A stretch of 63,999 nt of DNA, filler included, from Octopus bimaculoides (GCF_001194135.2; 6 parts of 5 records of this genome joined end to end with filler, not necessarily neighbours in it), one strand, 5' to 3'; shown: positions 40,830 through 55,248, counted from the whole stretch's first letter. Notes: generated by a model from the letters alone, not told the origin. A program made the numbers and translations.

Positions 40830-42751
40830 CGTTTTTTGTGTGTTTACTCCAGCTTCACTGCATATTTACATTTAATTCTATTTAATTCTCTTTAATCCTC
40901 TTAGAAATTCTATTTCTGAAACCCTCGAAATCTGTTGCTTTTATTGTTTTCTCTTCGTGTTTGAGGGGACAGGACAAGTGTTTGCTTAAAAGGCAGTGGG
41001 GAGACGGAGCACAGCTTTTAGAGTCGATCCTGTTGCTGTTGATGTTATTCTTCTGCTGCATTTTTAGTTTTCTACCTTTAATCTTTATTCCGGCATTGTT
41101 ACCCCAACTCTTCAACCATTTCAGCAATACTTTTACACATTTATTAAATAACATTTATTCTTTGCAGGCATTTTCTTCTTAATTTTCTCTACTTTCCCAT
41201 TCTTCAAGTATAACAAGCTATCAATCTTTTTTCTGCATCTGTCCACTTTCCTCTCCTTATTACGTGTAAATTTTTAAATAATTTTTGCTTTTTTTTTGTC
41301 CCTTCATAAATATTTAATTTTTATGAAAAGCACATTCATCTTGAATCACCTCGAATGGTCAAACTAAATTTAAAGTCACAATTATACACTGCTCCCACCG
41401 CTTAAAACAATTATCGACGAGAAATGTTTAAGTGGGGCTTAGTTGCGCCCTTTAAATTTTGATTTGAAATTCTGCTAAGGCATTTTAAATTGTGCGAAAA
41501 AGCGCCAGCATAAATGACCAAATGATCTTTATTAAGGCTTCTGAGACTGCTAGAAAGAAAAGATGTTCTTTTGTTCTATTGCAGGGGTTCTAACCAGAAT
41601 CCTTACAAAATAATGGACGCCAGTAAAAGTACGCTATGCTGTAGTGAAATTAAACTGGGTGACTGTTTAAATGTACCCTCCAGAAACACGACGTTGTCTT
41701 TTATGATAATGCGGTGCGTAACGATAAACTACCATTCAAATACAGGGACTAGTACCATCCTAGATAATTATAATATGACTATTCGAAACATTTACCCTTC
41801 GTCATTATTTTAATTAGAAAACTATCAGTCTGTTGACAATGGTCGCTTACTCATCAAGACAGCACAATGTCGAATGCTGGATCTCTATTGTTGGACACTG
41901 ACAATTCAGTGATTTAATCAATGTGAATTACCTGCTCCTGAATTATCGTATGACTGAGCATTCAACGAATACTTGTGCCCTTAATGTACTCTCCAGGCAG
42001 AATCAGCAAGACAGTGAGAAGGACAAGGCTATGTCACTGAATTCCATGCTTTGGTGTACATTAGATCGTCATTGGTCGCTTCTGATGGTTGATTAATTTT
42101 CTTATATGAGAAAGTTGTTGACCCCTCACTCATAGCTTCCTTATTTCTGGAGAAGTGGACGTCGTGAATGCTCCTCTGCAAGTCTTCTTGCAGGGTAATA
42201 TAATCGATTTTGAGAATGCGTTAGAGCGAAGAATCGGTCTCAGGTCTTGATTGGTAATTTATGTTTTGGTCCCGGTAGAATAAAGATAATGAAAACTCGG
42301 CAGGTTTTGAACTCGAACAGCAAATACATATACAGCTCTATACCTCACTCGGCCTTGGCATACTACATTATATGTACATGAAATAAAAGAGAGAAAGAGG
42401 AGGATAGAAAGAGAGGAGAAAAAAGACAGGAGGTATGAGAAAGTGAAACAAAATTGAAAGCGCAGTGATTTATGTGTCGGTGGTGGTGGTGGTGGTGGGG
42501 GAATGGGAGAGTGAGGAAATGATAAGGACAAAAAGAAAGGCGAAACAAAGAAAGAGACATATACATACACATATACAGACACAAACATAAACATGAACAC
42601 AAGCAAGGACAGAAAAGACATACATATACGCACATACAGACTCAAACACACATATCCATAAACACATACAACCGGACACGTACACAAGTCCACAAGTACA
42701 CTTAAAAGCTGAGCACATATACGTATTCACACACACACAGATGTATATGCA

Positions 42752-42783
<32 letters not shown>

Positions 42784-42881
42784 CACGCATGCGTACACAA
42801 ACAGTTACAGAAACTGGACAGACGTATATATGCACACGAATGTAAGCACGCATACATTTAGATACCTATACAAATACCAAG

Positions 42882-42926
<45 letters not shown>

Positions 42927-43531
42927 CGTATGCACTGAGAACTGGAGAGTGAGATAGAATAAGAAAGATAGGGAGTGGTAGTAAGAACGGAGATAGAGAA
43001 AGAGAGAAAATGAAACTGAGAGAGAGAGAGAGAGAATCAGAAAAGAGAAGAGAGAAAAAGAAGGAAGGAAGTATAGAGACGGAGATGGATAATTATGGTA
43101 AAATAAGGAAGAAGAAATATGTTAAACAGATAGAATGATAGAATAACGTAAAGCTATTCATATTTGTAGGAAGCTAATGACACTATACAGCGTTACCAAG
43201 AATACCTTCCTCCATGTCGTCTATCTGATATAGTTTATAAAGAATTACAGACTGGAGCAGGTTTCGGAAGCCCCTTTTCTCATTCATTAAATCCAGAACG
43301 TGAGTATGTATGTATGTTATCAATCAGTTTCATTTCTGTATTTCTTGTCCATAGAGAAAGAGCCGGACTCTAACATAGATTCAAGGCTCCTTCATTGGAA
43401 CTTTTATCAACATCATCTAGGTATTTGTGCATATGTGTGTGTGTGCAGTATTTGGTGTTAGTGTATGCGCAGATTTGTATGTTTGTTTTATGTATGTATG
43501 TATGTATGTATGTCTGTATGTGTGTGTATGT

Positions 43532-43563
<32 letters not shown>

Positions 43564-43921
43564 NNNNNNNNNNNNNNNNNNNNNNNNNNNNNNNNNNNNN
43601 NNNNNNNNNNNNNNNNNNNNNNNNNNNNNNNNNNNNNNNNNNNNNNNNNNNNNNNNNNNNNNNNNNNNNNNNNNNNNNNNNNNNNNNNNNNNNNNNNNNN
43701 NNNNNNNNNNNNNNNNNNNNNNNNNNNNNNNNNNNNNNNNNNNNNNNNNNNNNNNNNNNNNNNNNNNNNNNNNNNNNNNNNNNNNNNNNNNNNNNNNNNN
43801 NNNNNNNNNNNNNNNNNNNNNNNNNNNNNNNNNNNNNNNNNNNNNNNNNNNNNNNNNNNNNNNNNNNNNNNNNNNNNNNNNNNNNNNNNNNNNNNNNNNN
43901 NNNNNNNNNNNNNNNNNNNNN

Positions 43922-43957
<36 letters not shown>

Positions 43958-44179
43958 CCAAGAAAGTTAGGGGTTATGAATCCAACCCACTAAGGGATAA
44001 TATCTATCCAATATACTGCCGGAAGAATACTCAATTATTAATACACTAGTGTTTGTTCTTTGTATTACCAAGTGCAATAAATGGGTGCAGCTAAAAAGAT
44101 ATTTTACGATTAATTTATATAGCAATAAGAAATATATATATATATATATATATGTATAGGTATGTGAGTATGTATGTAT

Positions 44180-44224
<45 letters not shown>

Positions 44225-46333
44225 CGTATATATATGAATATATATGTATGTGTATGTGTATGTATATATATATATATATTCATGTCTAACTCATTTGACC
44301 GGTTAATGGTTGTTCAACTGTAGCTAAGCCAAGACATTTTGAAACAATAGATGACCAATTAGATGAGGGGACTGAACAGCAAAAATAACCCCTCCCCACT
44401 ACCAGCAAGATTCCAAGTACTCCATAAACAGAAAAATAACGGAGTAACTCATCACAGGTTTATAGAAGTTTGGATATTATAGTTAGAATTCTCACAAACT
44501 AATTATATAAATTCCTCCATTACAAACATAACTGATACGTACATACCCCACATGTTTCTGATGTAAATATATATATATATATATATANNNNNNNNNNNNN
44601 NNNNNNNNNNNNNNNNNNNNNNNNNNNNNNNNNNNNNNNNATAATACAAATAATAAATGAGTATATGCATATATACGTACATGTATGTACATACTTACAT
44701 CTACTTGTTTATATATAGATGCATACCTGGGTACAGGACATTGCAAACAAAACGTAGACAAAATGATAAACAAAGTATACACACACACATATATATATAT
44801 ATAGGTTTGGACATTTTGGTGGAAATATAACGGTACGAACCAATGCGCCAGTCCTCAATTCCAAACGCAACTAATACGTATGTACCAGTGAACATGTCTA
44901 CGGAAATGTTTATGTATACATATGTGTATGTATGTATGTATGTATGTATGCATGTATGCATGTATGTATGTATGTGTGGGTGGGTATATATATGTGTCCT
45001 CCTCATGTATAATAACAATAATAATTGACTCATTATCGTGCATGTATGGACATTTTTGTATGTACACCTAAATGTACATATATATATTTATGTATTTATG
45101 TTCATTTATGTATATTTATATATGTTAAAGCATGCATATATATATGTGAGTGTTTACGGTCTTTATATTTTTATATTTGGATATTTTAAATTAACCTTAA
45201 GAACTTTATAAAATCTCTGAAGTGGCCTAGAGAATCATCCATGTACCTCTATTTCATCTATTTTATCTCTTAATTACTTCAGCCTATTGGAGTTATATAG
45301 ATAGAATGAGGCATGTCACCCTAAACTGAAACAGCTGTAAGTCATTATCCCATTTCCTGTCACTGGATAGCCTTTTTTAATTACTGATATGACATAATAT
45401 GTCGCATGTGTTTGTATATTGTTATTATTGTCCTTTTAGTCAACAAAAAAAAACAACAGGTAAATTGACACAATACAATGTCTGCAAGTTGATGAATACC
45501 ACTTATTCCCCTCCATTTTCTTATTGCTATAAACTAATACATCCTTTTGTTGTTTTCACCACCTGTCCTCGTCTGTTGTTTTATTTCGTACATTTTCCCA
45601 TATATATATACACGTGTGTGTGTGTGTGTGTGTGCATGTTTGTGTGCCTGTATTTGTTCCCCCACCATCGCTTGACAACAGATGTTGGTGTGTTTACGTC
45701 CCCGTAAATTTGCGGTTCGGCAAAAGAAACTGAGTTGATGGGGAGAGTGAGTTTAATGTGCGGCACGAATACTTCATCACTAGAAGCAAATCTTTTGTAC
45801 TAGTCGTTCGCCAAAGTTTGAACGCTCATACGACATTTTCGACGGGGGAGTCCTTCATATATATAAATATATATACATGCATATGTGTGTGTGTGCGTGC
45901 GTGTGTGTTTTGGGTAAAATCCTTGAAGAAGTAGTGCTATACTACGAGAACTGATGCTATACCAACCCCCTAACTGGAAGCCATTGCATAATATGAATGA
46001 TTTCACTCTTTCTAACGAGATTAAGAATCTGTTACTGTAACAACCTAGTGTTCAAATATCTACAGCTTTTCAATATCTTGCCAAAACCTTCATTGATCTA
46101 TAAAGTATTGTTTGAAAGAAAAACCTTTAGATAGGTATTTATCTGAGATATTATATGATCGTATGACATGGTAAGAAACGCTTATGTGGGCGGTAATATC
46201 CGCCTCCCTCATTCACTAAAACCAGTCACAGAGATACAGTAGTAGAAAATGAAAAAAAAAAAAATGAAAGTCTCACCAATGATTTGTTTTGTTTTATGCA
46301 CTTATTCTCATATACTTGCATATCTAGACATGT

Positions 46334-46520
46334 TCAAATGATAAACTTCTGAAAATGTTTACAGATCATTACAGTTCCAGAGATGCCTTGGATCTGTAGT
46401 CTTCGAATCGGCTTTCTTCTTTCTGGTTTTGAGATGCCTAATTTCTCAAGATTGTTATTTAAGCAGTGTGTTACATAACTCAGTGCCCCAATAATTACAG
46501 ATATAAACCTTAACATCTAA
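46334..46520 (-). mobile_element. RLE-LINE 3' fragment (second family)
   Basis: LRFISVIIGALSYVTHCLNNNLEKLG...RRLQIQGISGTVMICKHF. Confidence 0.6.
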
Positions 46521-49500
46521 TCTGGATAGAGTAACTGCAGATTTATCTATAGTTCAGTGTAGATATTTATTTTTTCAACTTTGTTAACATCCGCTGGGTA
46601 GCAGATTTCCACAACTGTACACAGTTTCTCTTCCCTACTCCAAATCATTATACCAAGTCTATTGCGTTTACATATTATTGAGGTTTTCATCGTTCCTGGA
46701 TTGCAAACGCATACCCTTCAAAGTGGGACGTTGTAATCCTGCGACCTCTTTGGGCATGTACTTAAGATTATTCGACAAGAAATGGTGCTCAAGGGGCTGC
46801 CTTCCAAGTCTTATAATAGCAGCCTCATATGTATGCATGTAAGTACGTACGTATGTGTGTGTGCATGTGTGTATGTATGTATGTATGTATGTATGTATGT
46901 ATGTATGTATGTATGTACAATTTTATTTCCATTATATTGCGCATTAGACTGTCTAATTTATATATCGGTTATTTTCTTCTCTGAGAAGGATTTACCATCC
47001 TCATCAGCAAACATTATGCGTGAGTCCCTCGATCTAAGAATGATCGGTGAATGTCTAACGAGCCGTTCCCTAAAAAATAAAAGAAAAAAATTGTATTTCC
47101 TTCGCCACCGAACTTTTAAAAGAACTCACCTTTTCCCGCTGGATATGCCCAAATACAAGTCATATCTATTGCAGGCATTGTCTCTCACACAACACTTACC
47201 GTTCCTAGAAACAAAGACCGTGTGATAGGTTTTACAGTGTATGTGATGAAACCAATCCTACGAGCGACCGAAAGAGAGAGAGGGAGGGAGAGAGAGAGAG
47301 AGAGGGGGAGAGAGGGGGAGAGAGAGGGAGAGAGTGAGAAAGAGTGAGAAGAGATGGAGTGAGAAGTTTAACTCAGTACTTGATATGTAAAATAGTTGTC
47401 AGCAGCGGGAGAATAGAAAGCAAAGTTGACCTCGGCGGAATGTGAACTAAGAGTGCGGAGCACCGCAACAAGCAAAGCAAGGCACTCGACCTGACGCTAT
47501 GTTCACAATCATATGCACATATGTGTGCGAGTGTGTTGTTGTATAATTGTGTCTGTGTATATATGAATATAGACAGTGAGTGTATGCATCAATATATACA
47601 ATGTGTGTGGAGAGAGGGCGAGATGGAAAGAGAAACAGATAGAGGATGCAAAAAAAAACAGATATCGTTATAAAGATTGGTAAAATAACATGGAAATAGA
47701 GATGAATGGGAAATGACAAGCAATATCGAACGTAAGATTTCTGCATTAATGAATGGAAGAAGGAGAGAAAAGAGAAATACGTAGGAACGGAAGAATAACG
47801 ATAAAGTTTTTACTGGCTACGTGATTGGTTGAATCAGACGTTGTCAGTCTGGTGGATTGTACCGAATGGCTGAATGAATGATTGAACACATGAATGAATG
47901 AATATCTGAATGAATGAACGAACAAACAAGTCAATAAATGAATGAATGATTATCATGAAATACTGATCAGCTCGAGGCGATGCTTGGCAACGGCGTAACT
48001 TAGAGTTTGATATCAAAACGACGCACCCATACACGCAGGAACACAAAAATTACCCACCGAATAGCTGTGCGCCCAACATCATGTACAAGACTGAAAGCTG
48101 CCCCATTTCGTACACTATCTTATTCCCTCGGTTTCGTTCCCATTCGCTCTACGAATGGTTCGCAGTCCTTGTAAGTTTGTTTTGTACTGAACATTATATA
48201 TATATANNNNNNNNNNNNNNNNNNNNNNNNNNNNNNNNNNNNNNNNNNNNNNNNNNNNNNNNNNNNNNNNNNNNNNNNNNNNNNNNNNNNNNNNNNNNNN
48301 NNNNNNNNNNNNNNNNNNNNNNNNNNNNNNNNNNNNNNNNNNNNNNNNNNNNNNNNNNNNNNNNNNNNNNNNNNNNNNNNNNNNNNNNNNNNNNNNNNNN
48401 NNNNNNNNNNNNNNNNNNNNNNNNNNNNNNNNNNNNNNNNNNNNNNNNNNNNNNNNNNNNNNNNNNNNNNNNNNNNNNNNNNNNNNNNNNNNNNNNNNNN
48501 NNNNNNNNNNNNNNNNNNNNNNNNNNNNNNNNNNNNNNNNNNNNNNNNNNNNNNNNNNNNNNNNNNNNNNNNNNNNNNNNNNNNNNNNNNNNNNTATATA
48601 TATATATATTCCAAATTCTGTCTCTATCATCTACTATGTACTCAGCGAATGCTGAGGAATTCCTGAGGTAGATCCAGCGACAATTGTGTAAATACGATTA
48701 ATAACGAGGTAACCATAAGCAGTGAACATGCTTCACTTGCTAATTACTAGATACATACTCAATGCTTAAATAATTGTATACACACACAGACACAGACACA
48801 CATACACACATATGTTCATATTGTGTGTGTGTGTGTATGTGTGAAACTTTGTGCCGGTGTTTGTCTCCCACCACCACCGCTTTAAAAAAAAACCAATGTT
48901 AGTTTGTTTAAGCCCCCGTAATCTAACGGTTCGTCAACTTGGACCAACAGAATAAGTACTGAGCTTATAATGACATAAAGTACGATTAAAAACTCTTCAA
49001 TGAGTTGCTCCAGCATGGCTAAAGACTAATGGCTGAAACAAGATAAAAGACTACACATACACACACACACGCACGCACACATATACATACATACATGCAT
49101 ACATACATACATACATACCGTATTTCGGAATTCATGTTCTTTTCGTATTTCATGTTGTTTACGTTTTGTGACGTCCTGTACTCATACATACATATATATG
49201 TAAGTATGTATATATATATATATATNNNNNNNNNNNNNNNNNNNNNNNNNNNNNNNNNNNNNNNNNNNNTTAATTAATTAANNNNNNNNNNNNNNNNNNN
49301 NNNNNNNNNNNNNNNNNNNNNNNNNCCCTCTTCCCCCTTTCTTTCTGTTTGGATTTTGGCCATTAATATTATAGTTTTACCCATAAATAATACCACCCCA
49401 CTTTAATTTATATCTTATTTTAACTGGATATGTTTATCTTGTTCTAATTATTATTGTTCCCTATAGTTTTGAACTTAGTAGTTCAGTGCTTCATTGTATT

Positions 49501-50899
49501 ATTCTATTTATACTGTAGAATAGATATATTTCTTTAATACCTTGACCTTAATTCTCTTACCTTAAATTTTTTCCAAATTCTTACCACTCCTTAGGGTATT
49601 GCCCTTCCACTTCCTTTTTTTTCTTTTTTTTCTTTCTCTCATGCTTGATTTACCCCTAACCTGCTGTCCACCGATACTTAACCTACCTTCCTCTAAATTT
49701 GAAATTACTACTATCCCTCCAATTAGATTTTAAATTCTTGTTTGATTCACTTGTCTGTCAAACAGCAGCATAGTCGAGATTTATTTTCTTCTCTTACTCT
49801 TGTTTTTCGCAAACATCTTCAAAATGACTTTCTAAAATGAAATTCCATTATGCAGCTGAGGAGTACATTTTCATTGTATTTTCTGTGGTGTTCTCACTAC
49901 ATGAATAAATGGAGCTTGTACGAAACGTACGTACTGCCATAACCTATTGAATTTTTGTTGCTTAACTTCAAATTTTATTCAACAAATCTCTTGATTTTGA
50001 TTTGGGTTTTTATCCTACCAAATTCTGGTGCCTCAATCATTTTAAGTACCACATTTAATCTTTTGACTAAATCTATATCTATCTATCTATCTATATATAT
50101 ATANNNNNNNNNNNNNNNNNNNNNNNNNNNNNNNNNNNNNNNNNNNNNNNNNNNNNNNNNNNNNNNNNNNNNNNNNNNNNNNNNNNNNNNNNNNNNNNNN
50201 NNNNNNNNNNNNNNNNNNNNNNNNNNNNNNNNNNNNNNNNNNNNNNNNNNNNNNNNNNNNNNNNNNNNNNNNNNNNNNNNNNNNNNNNNNNNNNNNNNNN
50301 NNNNNNNNNNNNNNNNNNNNNNNNNNNNNNNNNNNNNNNNNNNNNNNNNNNNNNNNNNNNNNNNNNNNNNNNNNNNNNNNNNNNNNNNNNNNNNNNNNNN
50401 NNNNNNNNNNNNNNNNNNNNNNNNNNNNNNNNNNNNNNNNNNNNNNNNNNNNNNNNNNNNNNNNNNNNNNNNNNNNNNNNNNNNNNNNNNNNNNNNNNNN
50501 NNNNNNNNNNNNNNNNNNNNNNNNNNNNNNNNNNNNNNNNNNNNNNNNNNNNNNNNNNNNNNNNNNNNNNNNNNNNNNNNNNNNNNNNNNNNNNNNNNNN
50601 NNNNNNNNNNNNNNNNNNNNNNNNNNNNNNNNNNNNNNNNNNNNNNNNNNNNNNNNNNNNNNNNNNNNNNNNNNNNNNNNNNNNNNNNNNNNNNNNNNNN
50701 NNNNNNNNNNNNNNNNNNNNNNNNNNNNNNNNNNNNNNNNNNNNNNNNNNNNNNNNNNNNNNNNNNNNNNNNNNNNNNNNNNNNNNNNNNNNNNNNNNNN
50801 NNNNNNNNNNNNNNNNNNNNNNNNNNNNNNNNNNNNNNNNNNNNNNNNNNNNNNNNNNNNNNNNNNNNNNNNNNNNNNNNNNNNATATATATATATATA

Positions 50900-51060
50900 T
50901 ATACACATAGTTGCCCAACGGATTGTAACATAAAGGTGAAGATCAGTACAACAATGAATATCTACGCCGAACTATTAAGAAACCTGCAGCTACTCTATCC
51001 ATATTACAAGTTCAGGTTTATACCTGTAATTAGTGAGGCTCTCTGATATGTAACGCTGTT
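50900..51060 (+). mobile_element. RLE-LINE 3' fragment, same family as 46334-46520
   Basis: SCPTDCNI...IYAELLRNLQLLYPYYKFRFIPVISEAL*YVT overlaps the FISVIIGALSYVT motif. Confidence 0.6.
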
Positions 51061-51599
51061 AAATTACTTTCTTCTGACACACCTTCCCTTGGTGAATTCT
51101 CAGCCTGATGTAACTAGAAAACACCTTTCCGCAGAAGCTTAATCCCTCATCTATCTTTCCTCCGTTTATTTCCCACACGTTGTTGTACTGTTGAAGGATT
51201 ATCGACTGCTGCTGTGAGCTTTCTCAATAAGTGTTACATACATTAGATTTTCTCATGATATTACTTTTGTATTTCTCTAACATCATATAAACTTAAAATA
51301 AGGAAACATTATTGGACGCAAATTGATATACAAATATGAAGTTGGTTATTTTTCTGATATATGTTTATCAATATTAACAGGCAATGAGCTGGCAGAACCC
51401 TCAGCGCGCTAGCCAAAGCACTTCGGCTATGTTTCTTTCTGTTGTGGGTTCAAGGTCGGCATTGTGTTTCATCCTTTCAAGATCGATAAGATAAGTATCA
51501 TTTGAGCATTAGAATCTTCTCTTTTTACAGATATTATCCTTGAACCCTCAAGAAACAACTGCCCCCCCCCCAATACTATCCTCTCCAATTATAAAGAAA

Positions 51600-52070
51600 A
51601 GAGAGGATGAAACCAATAAACATTCCATAGTCTGTCTACCCTATATGAAAGGCCTCTCCGAAAAGATACAAAAGATATGCGGTCCATATGACATCTGGAT
51701 AGTATAAAAAAGTAATACAACACTTCGAGTAAAACCACCAATAGAAGAGAATATGACCAAAAACTGCGTGTACTCCATCCCCAAAACTGCGTGTACTCCA
51801 TCCCATGGTAGTGGAAGATTGCAAAGCTGTGACACGAGGAGATATTGATAAATCGGGTATAGCTGATCATGTATGGAAAAAATGGAGACTACTTCCCCCT
51901 GTGGGATGAAGTTAAAATAATAGACAGAGAACACCACTGGAAAATACGAAAACTAAAAGAAGCAGCACGTATGCTAGGATACAACAACCTCCTAAACAGA
52001 CCGAGTGCAGATATGAATAGCATATGGGAACCGGTATTAAGGAAGGATAGGAAAATATTAGATTTATAAG
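51600..52070 (+). mobile_element. Penelope-like element 3' ORF fragment (GIY-YIG region, core deleted)
   Basis: VCLPYMKGLSEKIQKICGPYDI...KNCVYSIP, then KAVTRGDIDKSGIADHVW and PLWDEVKIIDREHHWKIRKLKEAARML. Confidence 0.8.
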
Positions 52071-52094
52071 CCCTAAAATTCACTCCATAATTGC

Positions 52095-52161
52095 CTACGC
52101 GCATATGGCGTAGTGGTTGGGATACTAACCCCAAGATTCGGAGTTCAATTCCAGGCAGTGA

Positions 52162-52239
<78 letters not shown>

Positions 52240-52288
52240 CAACAACAATAACAACAAGATGACAAATACCCGTCAAATGTAAATAATG
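52095..52288 (+). mobile_element. tRNA-like Pol III segment, (AAT)n(AAC)n and PLE terminal-repeat tail
   Basis: A-box tggcgtagtgg, B-box gttcaattcc, then microsatellite, then aacaagatgacaaatacccgtcaaatgtaaataatg, shared with 58730-58770. Confidence 0.65.
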
Positions 52289-52859
52289 AACTAATTTCAT
52301 ATTTGTATATCAATTTGCGTCCACTAAATATTTCCTTAATTTAAGATTATATGATATTAGAGAAATACAAAAGTCATATCATGAGAAAATCTAATGTAGG
52401 CCACATTTATTGAGAAGGCTTACAGCAGCAGTCGATATCTATGAAAGTGTACAACAATATGTGGGAAATGAAAGCGGAGTATTATATTGAAAGTAGGAGT
52501 GGCAGTAGATATTTGTTCGAATTCCGATGTCAACAAGGTCAGGTGTTGAGATCAACAAAGTCAGGCGTTGACTTACTTTGTTACTTAATTACTGGTGAGA
52601 GCGTGTAGGGTGAAAGCTGATAATTTTATTGGCTTTCAAGAGCTATCTTTGTTTATAGGTAAAGTATGTAATTTTCATTTGTTGTAAGTCTTAAGTGTTG
52701 AAAAGTTGTCACCCCGTTGCTCTTTACAATTTTCCTGTTGCTTAAAACCTGCGAATGTTTTCGTTGTTTAGGTTTATAACAAGAGGAAGCATTTAAAAAT
52801 TTGTATCGAACTATTAATATTTAAGTCATTTTCGTTGTTTAAATAATTATTATCTATAG

Positions 52860-53215
52860 CAGTGTTTCTCAACCAGGGTATATATGGTCCCTGAAAATCC
52901 ATATAAGATTTTGGAGGCGGGTCCACGTAGGCAAAATCATAAATTAAGTATCCAAGCTAGTATTTAAAAGAAAACATGAAAACTTTTTGCTTTAGATGCA
53001 TTAATTATAAGAAAGAGCTAGCTAGGTTTCTTTGTCTAATATTTTACATAGATAAACATGTTTCCGGCAACTGATACATTTGCTCTTAAATTATACTGTT
53101 GTAAACTTACACAAGTAAATATCCGAAAAAGAAAATAGGAATTTTGAAAGACCTCCAAGAGGCTTTAAACAAAGAATGGCTGTGGTGTACGGATTGAAAA
53201 GGTAATAATACCGAT
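52860..53215 (+). mobile_element. Possible hAT (Charlie-like) MITE
   Basis: Begins cagtgtttctcaacc, resembling Charlie/MER TIRs; the right end is only degenerately recognisable. A similar start occurs at 41582. Confidence 0.4.
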
Positions 53216-54727
53216 GTCGACTTTGTTAACGAACCTCCTGCAATCGAATATATCTTTAAGATGAACGATAAAATAGCTATAATATTCTCAGATATAAGTG
53301 GCCTAGCACACCATCTTACAGACATATAGTTTGGAATTGTAATTTAGATCAAAACTTGATTGACAATTACGATCTCATATATGTAGTATACATGCATAAC
53401 GACATATATCTACATACAATACTATGTATGTGAGTATGTATGTATGTATGTATTTACATATTTATGTATGCATGTATTTATGTATGTTTGCATGTATGTA
53501 TGTCTGTATATATATGAATGTAATTATATGTAAGATGTGTATCACACAAACACACACACACAAATATTTCTGTAGTGTAGTCCTCCGTTGATTTCGTGTT
53601 AAATTTTCAGATCAATCACAAGGAGGATTTGGTGCTCGCCTCCATTTTGGATTGATGCACGAAGAAAACATGGGAATTAAAAAATTCTTATGGGGTTTTT
53701 ATCGTGAATTCCTTTGTTCTTTTCTTCTTTTCGTTTTTGTTTTAATCTGAGGTGGAGACGAACAACAATTCCTCCATGGGTTTGAGTTGAAAAATCGTTA
53801 AGATTTTCTCTGAACATGAAAACAATGGTGCCATCAATAAAAAAATAAAGTATCTTTATCCACCAATGTGTTCTTGAGCAATCCTATTGTTCGACATTTA
53901 ACTTAAATATATATATNNNNNNNNNNNNNNNNNNNNNNNNNNNNNNNNNNNNNNNNNNNNNNNNNNNNNNNNNNNNNNNNNNNNNNNNNNNNNNNNNNNN
54001 NNNNNNNNNNNNNNNNNNNNNNNNNNNNNNNNNNNNNNNNNNNNNNNNNNNNNNNNNNNNNNNNNNNNNNNNNNNNNNNNNNNNNNNNNNNNNNNNNNNN
54101 NNNNNNNNNNNNNNNNNNNNNNNNNNNNNNNNNNNNNNNNNNNNNNNNNNNNNNNNNNNNNNNNNNNNNNNNNNNNNNNNNNNNNNNNNNNNNNNNNNNN
54201 NNNNNNNNNNNNNNNNNNNNNNNNNNNNNNNNNNNNNNNNNNNNNNNNNNNNNNNNNNNNNNNNNNNNNNNNNNNNNNNNNNNNNNNNNNNNNNNNNNNN
54301 NNNNNNNNNNNNNNNNNNNNNNNNNNNNNNNNNNNNNNNNNNNNNNNNNNNNNNNNNNNNNNNNNNNNNNNNNNNNNNNNNNNNNNNNNNNNNNNNNNNN
54401 NNNNNNNNNNNNNNNNNNNNNNNNNNNNNNNNNNNNNNNNNNNNNNNNNNNNNNNNNNNNNNNNNNNNNNNNNNNNNNNNNNNNNNNNNNNNNNNNNNNN
54501 NNNNNNNNNNNNNNNNNNNNNNNNNNNNNNNNNNNNNNNNNNNNNNNNNNNNNNNNNNNNNNNNNNNNNNNNNNNNNNNNNNNNNNNNNNNNNNNNNNNN
54601 NNNNNNNNNNNNNNNNNNNNNNNNNNNNNNNNNNNNNNNNNNNNNNNNNNNNNNNNNNNNNNNNNNNNNNNNNNNNNNNNNNNNNNNNNNNNNNNNNNNN
54701 NNNNNNNNNNNNNNNNNNNNNNNNNNN

Positions 54728-55153
54728 AAGAAGAAGAAGAAGAAGAAGAAGAAGAAGAAGAAGAAGAAGAAGAAGAAGAAGAAGAAGAAGAAGAAGAAGA
54801 AGAAGAAGAAGAAGAAGGGAAAATAAAAAGGAATGTAGGAAAATAAGAAGGAATGTAGGTAGTATGATAGTAGTGAGGTGTTAAATGGTCAAGTGACCTA
54901 AAAGTGGTTATTTGGATTATAGCAGTGATTGTGACAGTTTTTAAATGAATTCTTGGGAATCTCTTGAGTGTATCATTTTTAATATTTGCGTGTGTGTTTG
55001 TGTTATTCTAAGGCACACACGCAAATATTAAAAATAATACACTCAAGAGATTCCGAAGAATTCATTCAAAAACAGACTCAATCCATAACGAGCCACATTT
55101 AGATCACTTGACCATTTAACACCTTACTACTATCATACTACCTACATTCCTTC

Positions 55154-55185
<32 letters not shown>

Positions 55186-55248
55186 CTTCTTCTTCTTCTT
55201 CTTCTTCTTCTTCTTCTTCTTCTTCTTCTTCTTCTTCTTCTTCTTCTT
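54728..55248. repeat. Foldback: (AAG)n, 150-bp arm, short loop, inverted arm, (CTT)n
   Basis: gaaggaatgtaggtagtatgatagtagtgaggtgttaaatggtcaagtga... versus ...tcacttgaccatttaacaccttactactatcatactacctacattccttc; centre about 55005. Confidence 0.85.

Larger units (their letters stand above)
51160..52479. repeat. Pair of about 190-bp inverted repeats (51160-51347 and 52289-52479) enclosing a SINE and a PLE fragment
   Basis: e.g. tatcgactgctgctgtgagctttctcaataa...ggacgcaaattgatatacaaatatgaa versus its reverse complement ttcatatttgtatatcaatttgcgtcc...ttattgagaaggcttacagcagcagtcgata. Confidence 0.85.
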
